Made by a program: the position numbers and the translations under genes
Assembly: GCF_001194135.2 (NCBI RefSeq)
Contig: NC_068985.1
Coordinates: forward strand, 85,389,432 to 85,453,431
Reading direction: 5' to 3'
Source of the DNA: Octopus bimaculoides
Taxonomy: Eukaryota
Length of the DNA stretch: 64,000 nucleotides
Part shown: positions 1 to 13,320 of the stretch, piece by piece
Layout: each line of letters opens with the position of its first letter
Position numbering within the stretch: position 1 is the first letter of the stretch
Notes under the pieces: generated by a model
What the model saw: only the letters and a program-made list of their open reading frames with translations
Told to the model about the DNA's origin: nothing
Databases searched by the model: none

Positions 1-2500
1 TCACTCCCAATAGGAAAATAAACCCCAACAAGCTGGTTATTGCTTTTTCCATGCAGTATAAAATAACATTGAAGCTGGGTAGAAGTAAGAGGGTAGACAA
101 GTCCATTTATGCAATAGAAATTACCTGGAACATTTCTTTTCAAATGTCCATAAATACGTCCCGTATGGGATTGCATGAAAACAGAAAAAAAGTATTGATT
201 TTCATTGTTAAACTTTGACCAACATACACAGAAGGACCAATTGCAGTGAATGTTGTTCCTTAATGTTTAAAGTTTGTTCATTTTTTTTTTTTTTTTTTCA
301 TTTCTTCAAGGTTGAAAATTAGGGCAAATAAAGGAAATAAAAATAATTAAATTTTTGTTTCTCCTGATGATGTGTGTGTGTAGATTTTCAATCTGTGGCA
401 TACAAAGAATGAAAAATTTGGGGAATTTTTTTTCTATTTTTCTTTCTTTCTTTTTCTTTTATTTTTTTCTTGATATCAAGAAAATTTTATTTTGTAGAAC
501 AGTACAAAATGTATTTTTTATGTTATGCTGAATATTTTGAAATCTTACAAAATAAATAAATGAATAAATAAATAACACAAAGAAAAGTGACTCAGTAGCT
601 TTGAGGAATATGATTTGGGCAATTTTCTCTTAAATGCTAATAATGTTTTCTGTTTCACTTACTTTTTTTTAAAAATCTATCTCGGGAATTGGAATTAATT
701 TATTGAATGGTGGTTGCATTATGCGTAATCTTTTAAGCACTCTCAAGATATTTGGTTCAAATTCTAATTAATTTCATTTAAATCTTTACTTGTCTTTATT
801 TTGCTACACATTTTGAATATTGAATGTTATACATTCACTTGTCTTATAGATATTTATGACATAAATAGAATGTCTTTGACAGTGAAACAATGAAAAATAT
901 GGCTATGAACTTAAATGGAATAAAGAAACACAATTACATTTAAAAAAGCTTGGCAATAATCTTACATAGAACATATTTACAACATATTTAATATAGAATG
1001 TCAGCTATAGCAGTTAGTTATATTCAAAAAAATATTTTTCACCCTCATGGCACTTTTGAGACAAGTCTCATGACATATTTGAGTACTCATAATCTTCTGG
1101 ATTATTGAGACACTAAATGAAGATTTCTTCTGGACAACTTAACTTAGTGGAGACTCACCTATCTAATAAGTGATACCCATAACGAAAGGTGATTCAAACT
1201 CAACAATTTAAGTCACTGGAATACTTATTAACTATGCAGTGATTTTGTAGCCTATAGAAGTAAGCATTACATCCAAAAGGTGCCTATTTACAACCAGGTG
1301 AACTAAGTTATTTGAAAGTTAAGTGTAGTTCTGGTGACTGGAATGCAAACTATGAACCCTTGCTTGGGAATACAAACTGTGTTAAAAGCAAACTGTTAAC
1401 ACCTATAATGAGGAGCAAGCAGCTTTCAATACTGCCAACATTGGTTCATGGTGCACCTCTGCTGTTACATTAGTGCGGAATCAAGAGTAAAACTTTGGAT
1501 GACCATCTGAGAAACTTTCACATTACATAACTTACCAGCTTTGGATTAGCAAATTCCATGACAAACACAGAATTCTGTGACACCATTAAGGATAGGATGC
1601 CTTTGTGATATAAATCTCTGTCAGAAAATATTTTGAGGAGAAAGTGGAATTTACATTCATACTATGATAGTCTATAAACTTAGCAAGTACAAAGAATCAT
1701 AGTGCTGCATGGTGCATCTACTTGCAGATAGCTGTTAAAACTAATTACAATCATATTCAAATCAACAAAAACATCATTAACATCATTAATTACTATTAAT
1801 TATCACATGGACTTACATATGAAAATGGCTAATGTAGCTATTACATCGATAGACTACAAGAGAGCAATAATATTTCAAAAGTGAAAATTTAAATCCCTCT
1901 CTTGAGTTTCTTGCAACATATGATCATTGGGTGAATCAGGCATTCTAGGAAATTCTATAAAACAAGAAAAACATAACTGATTGTGTCATGAAACAATGCA
2001 CCAGTCTACCACAAGAATCACTCAAAGAAGTGAGCAAAGTCCAAATGACCAAAACAACTGATAAAGATTTATTGATATTCATTATCACCACATTCAAATT
2101 TGAAATCACACACACATACACACAACTAATTTAAAGGTGAGCAAACTCTACTTTATGCATTGAGTATTTTCCATTAATTTGTATGTACAAATTTATGTGT
2201 ACACATGTGCAAAAACGTGAATGCATGTGTGTTTGTGTGTGTGTGTGTGTGTGATCTGTGTGTGTGTGCATGCATACATGCGTGTGTGTATGTGTGTGTG
2301 GTGTGCAAAATCATATCTAAAATACAAGTCTCACAACAACAGACAATAAATAAAACTAATTTTATATATTATCTTAGTATAATCTAAAATGCAACTATCA
2401 CAACATTAAATGTTTCATTTAAAGATGAGTTTTGTCTGATTAACAAATATCTAATGCAACCATTAGAATAATAGACTACTTACCTACATACTGGGCCCAT

Positions 2501-2540
<40 letters not shown>

Positions 2541-2856
2541 CTGTAATGTAACTACTTCATTCATAAAGTACTTACTTTTGACATTGATCTTATACCTGGA
2601 ATAACACCATTTATTTTTATCAGTTACACACACACACACAACACACACATATATGTAAACTTTCTATGTAAATAAATGGAATGTGTAATATTTGAACAGG
2701 AATTTAATGGTTTTCATAAAGTGAAAGTAATATAACTTATTTTCCATTTACAACTTTGAACTACATACATTTTAATCATGTATAAGCAATAAAGGCAGTG
2801 GTAGGGACCAGTGGTGTTATCAGTTGATCTCTCTCTCTCTCTCTCTCTCTCTGATA

Positions 2857-3776
2857 NNNNNNNNNNNNNNNNNNNNNNNNNNNNNNNNNNNNNNNNNNNN
2901 NNNNNNNNNNNNNNNNNNNNNNNNNNNNNNNNNNNNNNNNNNNNNNNNNNNNNNNNNNNNNNNNNNNNNNNNNNNNNNNNNNNNNNNNNNNNNNNNNNNN
3001 NNNNNNNNNNNNNNNNNNNNNNNNNNNNNNNNNNNNNNNNNNNNNNNNNNNNNNNNNNNNNNNNNNNNNNNNNNNNNNNNNNNNNNNNNNNNNNNNNNNN
3101 NNNNNNNNNNNNNNNNNNNNNNNNNNNNNNNNNNNNNNNNNNNNNNNNNNNNNNNNNNNNNNNNNNNNNNNNNNNNNNNNNNNNNNNNNNNNNNNNNNNN
3201 NNNNNNNNNNNNNNNNNNNNNNNNNNNNNNNNNNNNNNNNNNNNNNNNNNNNNNNNNNNNNNNNNNNNNNNNNNNNNNNNNNNNNNNNNNNNNNNNNNNN
3301 NNNNNNNNNNNNNNNNNNNNNNNNNNNNNNNNNNNNNNNNNNNNNNNNNNNNNNNNNNNNNNNNNNNNNNNNNNNNNNNNNNNNNNNNNNNNNNNNNNNN
3401 NNNNNNNNNNNNNNNNNNNNNNNNNNNNNNNNNNNNNNNNNNNNNNNNNNNNNNNNNNNNNNNNNNNNNNNNNNNNNNNNNNNNNNNNNNNNNNNNNNNN
3501 NNNNNNNNNNNNNNNNNNNNNNNNNNNNNNNNNNNNNNNNNNNNNNNNNNNNNNNNNNNNNNNNNNNNNNNNNNNNNNNNNNNNNNNNNNNNNNNNNNNN
3601 NNNNNNNNNNNNNNNNNNNNNNNNNNNNNNNNNNNNNNNNNNNNNNNNNNNNNNNNNNNNNNNNNNNNNNNNNNNNNNNNNNNNNNNNNNNNNNNNNNNN
3701 NNNNNNNNNNNNNNNNNNNNNNNNNNNNNNNNNNNNNNNNNNNNNNNNNNNNNNNNNNNNNNNNNNNNNNNNNNNN
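2857..3776. other. Assembly gap
   Basis: Run of N. Other gaps: 5735-5802, ~25857-25984, 44588-44689, 50332-50344, 52176-52745, 60285-60294, 61028-61271. Confidence 0.99.
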
Positions 3777-3780
3777 TTTA

Positions 3781-4140
3781 TATATTTATTTAGTCATTAT
3801 ATTTACTGCAGTGATATTCTGACCATATCGCACAAGGAGTTTTTGGCGGGCAATTTAAACTGGCTGTGTGCATACGTGCATATATATGTATACGTTTGTG
3901 TATGTAAGTATATTGTATATTGTGTATATATATATATATATATTTGTATTTATGTGTTTTTCTGAGTATATTCCACTGATGAGGCAAAGCATTTCTTATG
4001 CAGAGCCAGAAATCCGGGATCTGGAATTATCCAGTAATTTTTATAACCAGTTTATTTTTTCTCTTTGTTTTCTCTCCTGGTGCTGCATGAACATTTAATG
4101 TGGTTTTAGAGTCACGATTTGACTGCTATTTCCAGCGTGG
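3781..4140 (+). mobile_element. Probable Penelope-like pLTR fragment
   Basis: Contains the hammerhead motif at 3970-4027, preceded by a TA/TG-rich tract as in the other PLE repeats here. The 5' side is hidden by an N-gap and the boundaries are approximate. Confidence 0.45.
3970..4027 (+). ncRNA. Minimal type-I hammerhead ribozyme motif
   Basis: ATTCCA-CTGATGA-GGC aaa GCAT ttctt ATGC aga GCC-A-GAA-ATCCGGGAT-C-TGGAAT: 6-bp stem I, core, interrupted stem II, near-palindromic stem III, AUC triplet. Confidence 0.7.
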
Positions 4141-5264
4141 TGGTGTCTCTTAGATACCCTAAATTATAATTTTATACACACACACACATGTATGTATATC
4201 TATCTGTCTATTTTCTAATTGACACCACTATCGCTCATGACCTATATATGTATATATGTATATACACAGACAGATAAATATACATATTTCTGCACACACA
4301 TTGACAATTCAACTGAGTATTGGATCTTTTATTAAATGATTTTTTTCATATTTCCTTATTAGCCCATGGTGTTTTAGTTTAAAGCAATAACATTCTAAAT
4401 CCTTGAGATCTTCTTGGTCTCATCTGAATCAAGGAAATACAAAAATATCACTAATTTAAAATTGATAATACAATTCTATATTAAAGAGATGAGGAATTAT
4501 GTACATTATTTACATTTGATGGATATTTGTCCTCATCTTGCTTTTTGTTAACAACAACAAACAAAAGTTTGTTTAAATCTCTCATGTCTCTTGCACCGCA
4601 TTGCTTATGTCTGAATCATGCCCTCCCCGCTTCTCTATCTCATTTCACCATTGTGCTAATGTGACTATGGATGGTGGTGGATCTTCGCTGTTTGCTGTAC
4701 AGTACTTCTAGTGTAGTGAAAGATACCATTACACCTGTGTGACCGTTTCATAAACTCTCCATCCCCTCTCTCTCATCTGTTAGCCTCACTCTCATGCCCA
4801 ACTCAAGGCTTATACATAAAGGGGTTCATTAGATATACATGCATCTCATGCACTCTACCTATACCCCCTTGCTGGTTGTTTACTATCAGCATCCATCACT
4901 CACTGTTACCATTTATCCACCTCTTGTTGTTTATCATGCCCTTACTTAAATCCTTTCTGATACTGGTATTTAATTAAAATGCACTCCCTTTACTCTTCTT
5001 TCAGATACAACACTCACCCAAGTGCTGGTACCATGAAAAACATGTAACGAGTATATTCTGTGAAGTGGTTGACATCAGGAAGGGCATCCAACCATGTAAA
5101 TTAAAGCCAAAAATGAAACTTAGGAGAACAGCAACGACTCATTCAACTCATGTCAGTATGGAACACACACACACACACACACACATCACTGCGTGGCACC
5201 TTGGGTAAGTGTCTTCTACTATAGCCTTGTGAGTGGATTTGGTAGATGGAAACTGAAAGAAGTG

Positions 5265-5316
<52 letters not shown>

Positions 5317-5485
5317 TTATGGTTATCTCTGCAGAAAATTCTGAAACCATGGTCTACAGATAACCTAGGTATTTATATAATTTTCACTAGTCTCACCCGC
5401 CTGTTTTTGCTTCCCTGAATTTTCTTTGAGAAATTTTAAGTGATCTTCTTCTAGCACATTAGCAGTCCACTTAGTGGTCTCTTTT

Positions 5486-5521
<36 letters not shown>

Positions 5522-6624
5522 GTATGTACATGTATATGTTTGTCCCCCACCATCACTTGACAACAAATGTTGATGTGTTTATGTCCCTGTAACTTAGTAG
5601 TTCAGCTAAAGAGACTGATAGAGTAAGTACTAGGCTTACAAAGAATAAGCCTTGGGGTTGATTTGTTTCAATAAAGGTCGGCACAGTCATATGACTGAAA
5701 CAAGTAAAAGAATAAATATATATATATATATATANNNNNNNNNNNNNNNNNNNNNNNNNNNNNNNNNNNNNNNNNNNNNNNNNNNNNNNNNNNNNNNNNN
5801 NNATATATATAAATTGGACTAAAATTAAATGTACTTTAAGATTGTAGATAGAATTCAAAAAGTTAGTGTTTCAAATCTTGGGTGTTCCCCGTCTTGTTTA
5901 TTTCATAATTCCAACATAATCGTTGAGGAACGGAAAACAAACTGGCTACCTTTTTCAATATTCTTGAAGCTGTAGCAACATAAAACTTATGCAATATTTA
6001 AGTGGTGCTGTAATTTGCAGCTGGGCAACATAGAAAAAAAAGTAAGGCTTGTGAAATGTTTTTTGAAAGCTACAGAATTAAACTTTTCCTTCTGTTTGTT
6101 TTTTAATAATTTTGAGAATATGTTGCTGAGTAGACTGCTTATGTATTTTAATTTTCAGTATAATCATGATTTTGGTTGGGTTTTAGCAGGAATATTATGA
6201 CAGGAGTTTGGTTGAGACTTTTATTCAGATATGAAGACTTTTATTATAAGCAGTCATAAGTAGATTGTTGGTATTAAATTTCTCCACATTTCTTAATTCT
6301 TTTTTTTTTATTTCCAAAATTGGACATTTGTCTGTTGTCAATTCAATATTTTTTTACACCTCAATGCCTTATACTTTGCTAATTGTTCATTTATATAAAA
6401 TAAAATTGGAACTTATTGTTGGCAAAGTACTCAAACTGACGATTATCCAAAAGTAGAAGTACGGTGACAGCAATAAAGTTTGAACTCACGACCATGTGGT
6501 CTGTTGTTCTGATTATATAATAAAGAGAAAGTTATTGCAAGATAGCGAATAAGATGGCATGATGATACTGGGGGCCATGTACCTAATTCTTCCTTATGCA
6601 GTGGAGATTGGCATGTCATGGAAG

Positions 6625-6833
6625 AAAGACTTGGCAGAATTCTTAGCTTGCCAGGTAAAATGCTTAGTGGCATTTGGTCTGTTTTTACATCCTAAGTTCA
6701 AATTCTACTGAGGTTGACTTTGAGTTTCCTCCTTTTGAGGTTGATAAATTAAGTACCAGTAAAACACTGGGGTCTATGTTATCAACTAGTCCCTTCCCCA
6801 CAAAATGTCAGGCCTTGTGCCTTTAGTAGAGAG
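6625..6833 (+). mobile_element. SINE copy (family of 23324-23515)
   Basis: Co-linear match to 23324-23515. Confidence 0.75.
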
Positions 6834-6834
6834 G

Positions 6835-7480
6835 ATTATTATTATTATTGCTGTTGTTGTTGTTAAGCTACTTTATGCTACTTTAATTAACAGGGATTTT
6901 ATCTTGAGGTTTGAAGACAACAAGTCTCCTAAAATCACAAGAATCTTCCTTAGGATTCTTGCAGAATATAGGATGGTACTTTTCTGCAGATCAACAATGT
7001 GAGTTTCAATTCCATTCTCTTTCAGTCTCCTTAGTATACAACACTCAGCCAAGAGGTGATTGATACTTTCGTCTCCTTTCCTACATATTTTTCATTTGCT
7101 ATCTGACTGAGTTTTGTCAATCTTTGCCTTTATCAGATTTGTCTTTGAGTGGCTATAATTAGTATTTTGGTCTCTCGCTTCAAGCTCCAATATATCAGCC
7201 ACAGCCAACACATAGCTTTAATGATATTCCCTTCAATTCATTTTCTTGCAAGCACCTTCTTCATTCTCTTCTTGTACTCTTGTTTAGTGATTTTCTCTCT
7301 CATTTCTCCTCCCATTATTCTATTGTCTTCCAACACTCCTAGGTATTTATATCTGTCATTCCCTAGTGATCTAATGATGTCTTGTGATAATTTTATGCCA
7401 TCAGAGTTTACCTTCCAGCCTATCTTCAAAATTAACTCTGCACACTTATTTATCCCGACTGTATTCCCTCCTCCTTCTCC
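6835..7480 (-). mobile_element. R4-like LINE 3' fragment with internal deletions
   Basis: YKYLGVLE..EMREKI..EYKKRMKKVL, LKRET.ILIIATQ, ESINHLLAEC and LQKSTILYSARILRKIL, then an (AAC/AAT)n tail. Confidence 0.75.
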
Positions 7481-9712
7481 TCATCGCCGCTGCCACCACC
7501 ACCACCACCACCACCACCACCATCACCATCATCATGGTCATCATCATCATTCATGGTGTGCATGAATGTTTTGCATTCGGAATCAATATTCTTGATACCA
7601 GGTCATAATCAGTTCCTCTCTAGCATACAAGATAGTGTGTTAGAGAGAATCAAATTGTGAAGCACCTCAATCTTTCTACTTGTTTTAGTCTTTCCAGAAT
7701 GATATGAAGATTTAGATTCTGTTACAATGCCAAAACTTTATGTCTACACAGAAATATACAACAAATTTCCACTACAGTGAAAAGTTAAGAAAAGTGCTAT
7801 TCTTAGGCTGCAAAAAGTTTATGCTGTGAAATGGTTAATGTTCTTGGACCCAAGAATTTGATAAAATAATGACTGCTCTTTTGTATAAGTTGGTATACAG
7901 TACCTAGCTTAATAAAGTTTTTTACACATATTTCTCATGATGCAGTGATTTCATTATAAATACTGTCAAGTGAGAGGTTTTGTTAGTATCATGGAGCCAG
8001 AGATTGTCTCTGGAAGGTTTGTATCAGAAAAGCTGTCAAATAGAATGGAATAGAGAGAAAAGAAACACTAAAATAATTTTTTATCCCTCATAATAAAGGG
8101 GTGTGTTTCTACTCATTGGAATCTTATAGAATAACAATTGTGTTAAACAGTAAATTCAATTATAATTACTTTCTCTTTGACATTTGATTGGTGATTAGAT
8201 GTAAAATAGTATCCTGTTAAGATTATACTCTGCTGAAGTAATACCACTGGTCTTTCTTCACTCTTTAGTTACATGTTTTGGTTGTCTGAGTATAAAAGAT
8301 TTATGACGGAGATGGATCTATATACATGTATGAGTACAGTCACAGACCCTTTTCCATTTTATTGCACAGGACTTGGCAATCTCCTTGCATGCTCTCTTAG
8401 CAGCTAGCGTGGAGAGAGATCAGCTGAAATACTAGGACACTTACTTAAGGACTTACTAAGTTAGTCACCATTTTTGTTAAGGCTCAAGACAACTGCTTTC
8501 CTCTGGATTTGAACTCAGAGCACAAAGAATCAGAACAAATATCACTAAGCATTCTGTGCAGCACAATGACAACTTTGCCAATTCAATATCGTGTGTGTGT
8601 GTGTGTGAGTGAATCCACTGTCATATGTTTATCTTTATATGTTCATCTCATGGATGAACAGTTTTACAGAATGCTCTATCCCTATCATAAATGGATCACC
8701 AGCTTCAAAAAGTCTTCTATCATACAAAGGTTATAAAAAATGGAATTCTGTGGAATCTTTTAGAATTCTTCTCTCTCAGTCATAGATGAAGTATCTCTGT
8801 TATGGATCTGTCATTAGGTTGAAATGTTCAACATGTATCCTGTAATACTTATTTAAATAACTGTTGCAGGAAAATACAAAATAAAAAAGGGTGAGGATTT
8901 TCCTAAAAACAAAGAAAGTCCCTAAAAATATGATCTCCCTTCCCCTCTATACTGTCGACTATATTTTTATACATTTTTTTTTTCATCTGTTATGCTTTGT
9001 TGCAAAAAAAAAAAAATTAAAAACAAAAAAAAGACTATATTCAGAAACATTCTATAGCATACAATTTGTATTTAGTTAGCATTCTCAAAGCAAATTTCAA
9101 TTCTAAAATTATTTAAAAATTTTTGTTTTTATGTTTTTGCTTTGTTTTTCCTCCAATTATTATTATTGTTGTTGTTTAAGTTTGTAGAAGAAAATGAAAC
9201 ACATCTAGAATCATACTTTTTAAAAAATTCTAGTATTTGATAATTCTAAAGAAAGAAGTTTCTTTAACAACTTTCTGAAATTTTGTTGTGTTGTAATAAG
9301 TATATTGTTTCTTATTTTTTTTCTGGTTTCTCATTTTTTAAACCCCACTTCTAAGGAACGGAGATGGAATCCTCCTTCCTTTTGAAATGTAAAAAAAAAA
9401 AAAGAAATTAAAAAAAATTAATAAACAAGACTTTTATTTAACCTACATCAACCAGTTTGTTTCTCCTTGTTTTGTTCTCAGGAATTTTACAATGCTACGT
9501 AAGAAATCATATTGACTTAATAAAAGGAGAAAAACACATGCTGTCGATATTTTGTAGTATAGGTAAGTATAAATGTGTGTTTTGTGTATATACTGTATGA
9601 TAAGAGTTGTGTCACTCTTCTACACAAATATTTGTGTAGATACACATACAGAGATAATATCTCTTTTCTTCTGATGGGTAAAGTTTTTTTGGTAGGGTCT
9701 CCACTCAAGTGT

Positions 9713-9850
9713 ATGCATGCATGCATGTATGTATGTATGTATATGTGTATGTATGTATGTATGGATGGATGTATGGATGGATATGTATGTATGTATGCAT
9801 GTATGTAAGTGTGTGTGTATGTATGTATGTATGGATGTATGGATGTATGT
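9713..9850. repeat. (GTAT/GGAT)n tetranucleotide microsatellite
   Basis: Directly visible. Confidence 0.95.
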
Positions 9851-10249
9851 CTCTAACAGCTTATATTATAATTGACAGTATCTGGGTTTATTCCCAAGAG
9901 TATCAGAGAGACCTCTGAGAGTGCAGACTATGTTTTTTAGTTCTTTTACGGCTTAAGGGAGATTTAGTTTCTTGTTCTATCTCAAGTGAGCACACGGATG
10001 CCCCTTTGCTAGTTTCTATTAACTGTTGATGTTTATAACCAATTAAAGTTATTGTCATTATGATGATGATAGTCATTGAAGAAGGATGAGATATTTAGTT
10101 TAATATTGAGGTCTAAATTCAAATATTGCTGCAGCTGGCTTTGCTTTTAACTTCTTGAGGGTCGAGAATATAAGTAGCAGTAAAACAGACTGCTATTTAA
10201 ATTGAAATTGCTGTTAAAACATACCATTGTTCTAATTCTTCCTCATCAT

Positions 10250-10720
10250 TATTATTATTATTGCATCTGGAATGTTATCTGGCACTTGCAGCTCTCTTCC
10301 AATCAAACAATGTAGTTGATGGAACTTCCACTTTTGCCATATGTAGAAGATTATTGGTGGGTAAGAGAGCAGCAATGTTCTCAGGTAAACTTTTGGTATT
10401 GATGAGGATAAACTTGGTGGTCTGTTTTGGAAAACTTTGAGCTGGGTACAATAACAGATAACTTTCACAAATCCTTAGTGTGGAATTGCTCTGATGAGGC
10501 ACAACTAGTTTGAGATTAACTCTTCAGGCAAGGAACTGTCTGAAATACATGAAGGGAAAACTGTTTGAACACAGATACCTTCTTCTTTGATCAAACCCTC
10601 ATTGACTTTTATAGGTTTCACTTGGAAAGGAAAGTGAGGTTGGCAGAGAAGTGTTCTCCTCCAGCAAGTTTATCAAAAGGTGAGTGACTGCAGCAAAAAT
10701 GCTCCATGTGAGTGAAGTTA
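10250..10720 (-). mobile_element. CR1/Jockey-like LINE 3' end, decayed
   Basis: Minus strand SFPKQTTK..KSLPENI..PTNNLL resembles the CR1 C-terminal SFF.RT.KLWNSLP..NL..FK, and is followed by an (AAT)n tail. Confidence 0.45.
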
Positions 10721-11699
10721 TTCTAAACATGTAACAAGTGATTAGAGAATAACATTTAAGGGAAGGTTTGGGACATTTGTGATCAGGTTCAATAAAATAA
10801 ATCGTTATTATTATTGTCTTTTTTTTATTTTGTGGTAGTCTTAAATACTGGTAAAGCACTGGGGACAGTTGAATTGACTATCTCACTGAAAATTATAGAC
10901 TGTGTGCCTCTATTAGAAACAATTACGATGACTAACATGAAAAGCACTAGTTTGACTGAATTGGTAGATTGTTGGACAAAATGCTTTTATAAGATTTCCT
11001 TTTGCATTCTGTATTCTAATCTTCTAGAGTTTAACTTCATCTTTCATTCTTCTGGTGTTAATTAAATAAGGTAGCAGTCATGTACTTGGATTGATCTAAT
11101 TAATTATATTGTCCCCACCCCGCCTGGCTCAAAAAATTTGTGTCATTGTACCATTGTCAGAAATTGGTACCATCCTAAACTGGGTGACTGAGTGAGTGAT
11201 AGAAATAGTAAAGCTTTTGGCTTAATATTATATATTAGCTCCACCCCTTTACAGTTTAAATCCGGTTCAGGTCAACATTACCTCTCCTTATAGATTGATC
11301 AAATAAATATCAGTAAAAGATTGAGATCAACCCCTATCTAAATACTTCCTCTTCTCTCCCAAAATAAAGAAAAGTTTGTGGTCTTCTACCTGTCTGAGAA
11401 GCTATGATTCTTTTCTGCCTGTGAATGACAATGAATTGCTGGAAATAGCAGAGTACTGGGCAAAATGTTCAGTTATAAATGTTCTTAGTTCAAATCTGTC
11501 ACTGTTGATTTTTCCCTTTCATCATTCAGGGATTTAAACCCCAAGTCAATCCTTACTGAAAAGGTTTCTGATCAATGACATTTCAGCTGTGACCATCCTG
11601 CCTGTCTTGATCTTATGTCTACAAAAACATTATTTAAAAGTACTTTTCTTAGGATGGCTGTGACAGGAGTGAGATTCGGCTACTATCTGTTGTAACTGA

Positions 11700-11960
11700 A
11701 TGACCACATCAAGATTTATTGGCTGGTGCTAGGGGCAAATCCATGCAGGACAGTAGCTTCTGTTGCATGACTGAGAACTCAGTCAATGTACTCTTGGGGG
11801 TCTGGTTGGGAACAAACTTTCTGTTGGAAAAAAAACTGAGAAAATTCCACAAGCAAAGAGGTGAGTCTCATCTAGAAGGAGCTGATGTCCGGAATGTGTT
11901 GAAGTTGATACACCAGCACAGATTCCTGATTGATGGTTAATAGATGCAGTTGCTGTCAGT
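11700..11960 (-). mobile_element. CR1-like RT fragment, likely upstream part of the 10250-10720 element
   Basis: Minus strand SPLCLWNFLSFFSNR resembles PSLCSWISSFLSNR; a degenerate GVPQGS region follows. Orientation and order are consistent with one element. Confidence 0.4.
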
Positions 11961-12057
11961 CACATCTTTTCACAGCTTGTCTCTTTAACCAAAATTTCAA
12001 TCCTGAATTAGAGTTAAACACAGACCAAAGTTGGGTGTTTGTCATCTGGAATGTTGC

Positions 12058-12423
12058 CAGGTGCTCTCAACCACGTAGACCAAGAATTCTCAGCCATCTT
12101 TTATCTATGGACCCTTTTTTCATTCTGGTGGACATCACCCCCCTCCCTCCCATAGCCATTCAATGTTAAAAGCTATTTCAGAGAAACTTCTTTCAAAATC
12201 CTTATTTTGTTTTTTGCATATTAACTCATGTAGGTTGAACTCAATAAAATATTAAAGAAACCGAGCTGTTTCTTGCAATACAATCACAAATATATACAGC
12301 CTTAAATATATGCAGTCCTTGAAATATTATTGTGGGTTTACAATTTACTAATTCGTTGAGTGAACCCCCAAAAATCTTATATGGACCCTCAGCGGCCATA
12401 TAAACCCTTGTTGAGAACCACAG
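12058..12423. mobile_element. Possible hAT/Charlie-like MITE
   Basis: Ends caggtgctctcaacc and gttgagaaccacag resemble CAG(G/T)GGTTCTCAAC-type TIRs, with internal ggaccc motifs. The target-site duplication is degenerate. Confidence 0.4.
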
Positions 12424-12761
12424 ATGTAGACCATGTAGAGAGTTAGGGAATAGTACGAATGACAGTGGCGTTGGAGTGATTTTAGACAGCAATGACAACT
12501 GCCTGAGTAGTCACTTTTTAAGAATTTTCAAGTCAAGGATCATGGATAATTTCCAAAAGAAAATTGGCTTGATAGTGTTACTGGTGGATTTGACATGTTC
12601 TGGATAAACTCTACAGACATCTGTGTGTTGCAGCTGCACATAAGTTTGTAATGCATATGCCTGTTGTCCTCATAGCAAACAGGTAGTCATGATAGGGATA
12701 TTGGGTTTTGTACATTTGTACCCCCAGTGTCATTTTGAGGGCATGCACTGCTCTTTCACTC

Positions 12762-13075
12762 AGGAGGAGGAGGAGGAGACACCCTTCGGTCATGAATGAC
12801 CATGGGATTGCACCTAGAAAGTTACTCTCCGAGGCACACCATGCATACCAGCCTCCCCTCTCCACACCACTGATGTTATCCAATGGAAAGGCAAAGGGGC
12901 TGATACAGCTTGGCACCAGTGATGTCGCAACTCGTTTCTACAGCTGAGTGAACTGGAGCAATGTGAAGTAAAGTGTCTTGCTCAAGAACACAACATGCAG
13001 CCCAGTCCAGGAATCAAACTCACAACTTCACGATTGTAAGCTCAACGCTCTAACCACTGAGCCATGTGCCTTCAC
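12762..13075 (-). mobile_element. tRNA-derived SINE with central gtgttcttgagcaagacact domain
   Basis: Minus-strand head gtgaaggcacatggctcagtggttagagcgttgagcttacaatcgtgaagttgtgagtttgattcctgg is tRNA-like. Confidence 0.75.
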
Positions 13076-13112
13076 AACAACAATAATAACAGTAATAATG
13101 ATAATAATAATA

Positions 13113-13320
13113 ATGGTTTCGAATTTTGGCACAAGGCCAGCAATTTAGGGGAGGGGTAAGTCGATTAGATTGAGTTCAGTGCTCAACTGGTACTTATTTT
13201 AATGACCCCAGAAAGGAAGAAAGGCAAAGTTGACTTTGGTTGAATTTGAACTCAGAATGTAAAGATGGACAAAATGCCACTAAGCATGCTTTTCCTTGTG
13301 TGCTAACAATTCTGCCAGCT
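13113..13320 (-). mobile_element. SINE copy (family of 23324-23515)
   Basis: Reverse-complement match, with an (AAT)n tail on the low-coordinate side. Confidence 0.75.

Noticed and set aside
10615-10679. Plus-strand AG..GTGAGT-bounded 65-nt open segment
   Set aside because: It lies within the antisense of the CR1-like fragment; likely cryptic splice sites.
13010-13075. tRNA-like sequence
   Set aside because: It is a SINE head continuing into a SINE body; I could not fold a full cloverleaf.
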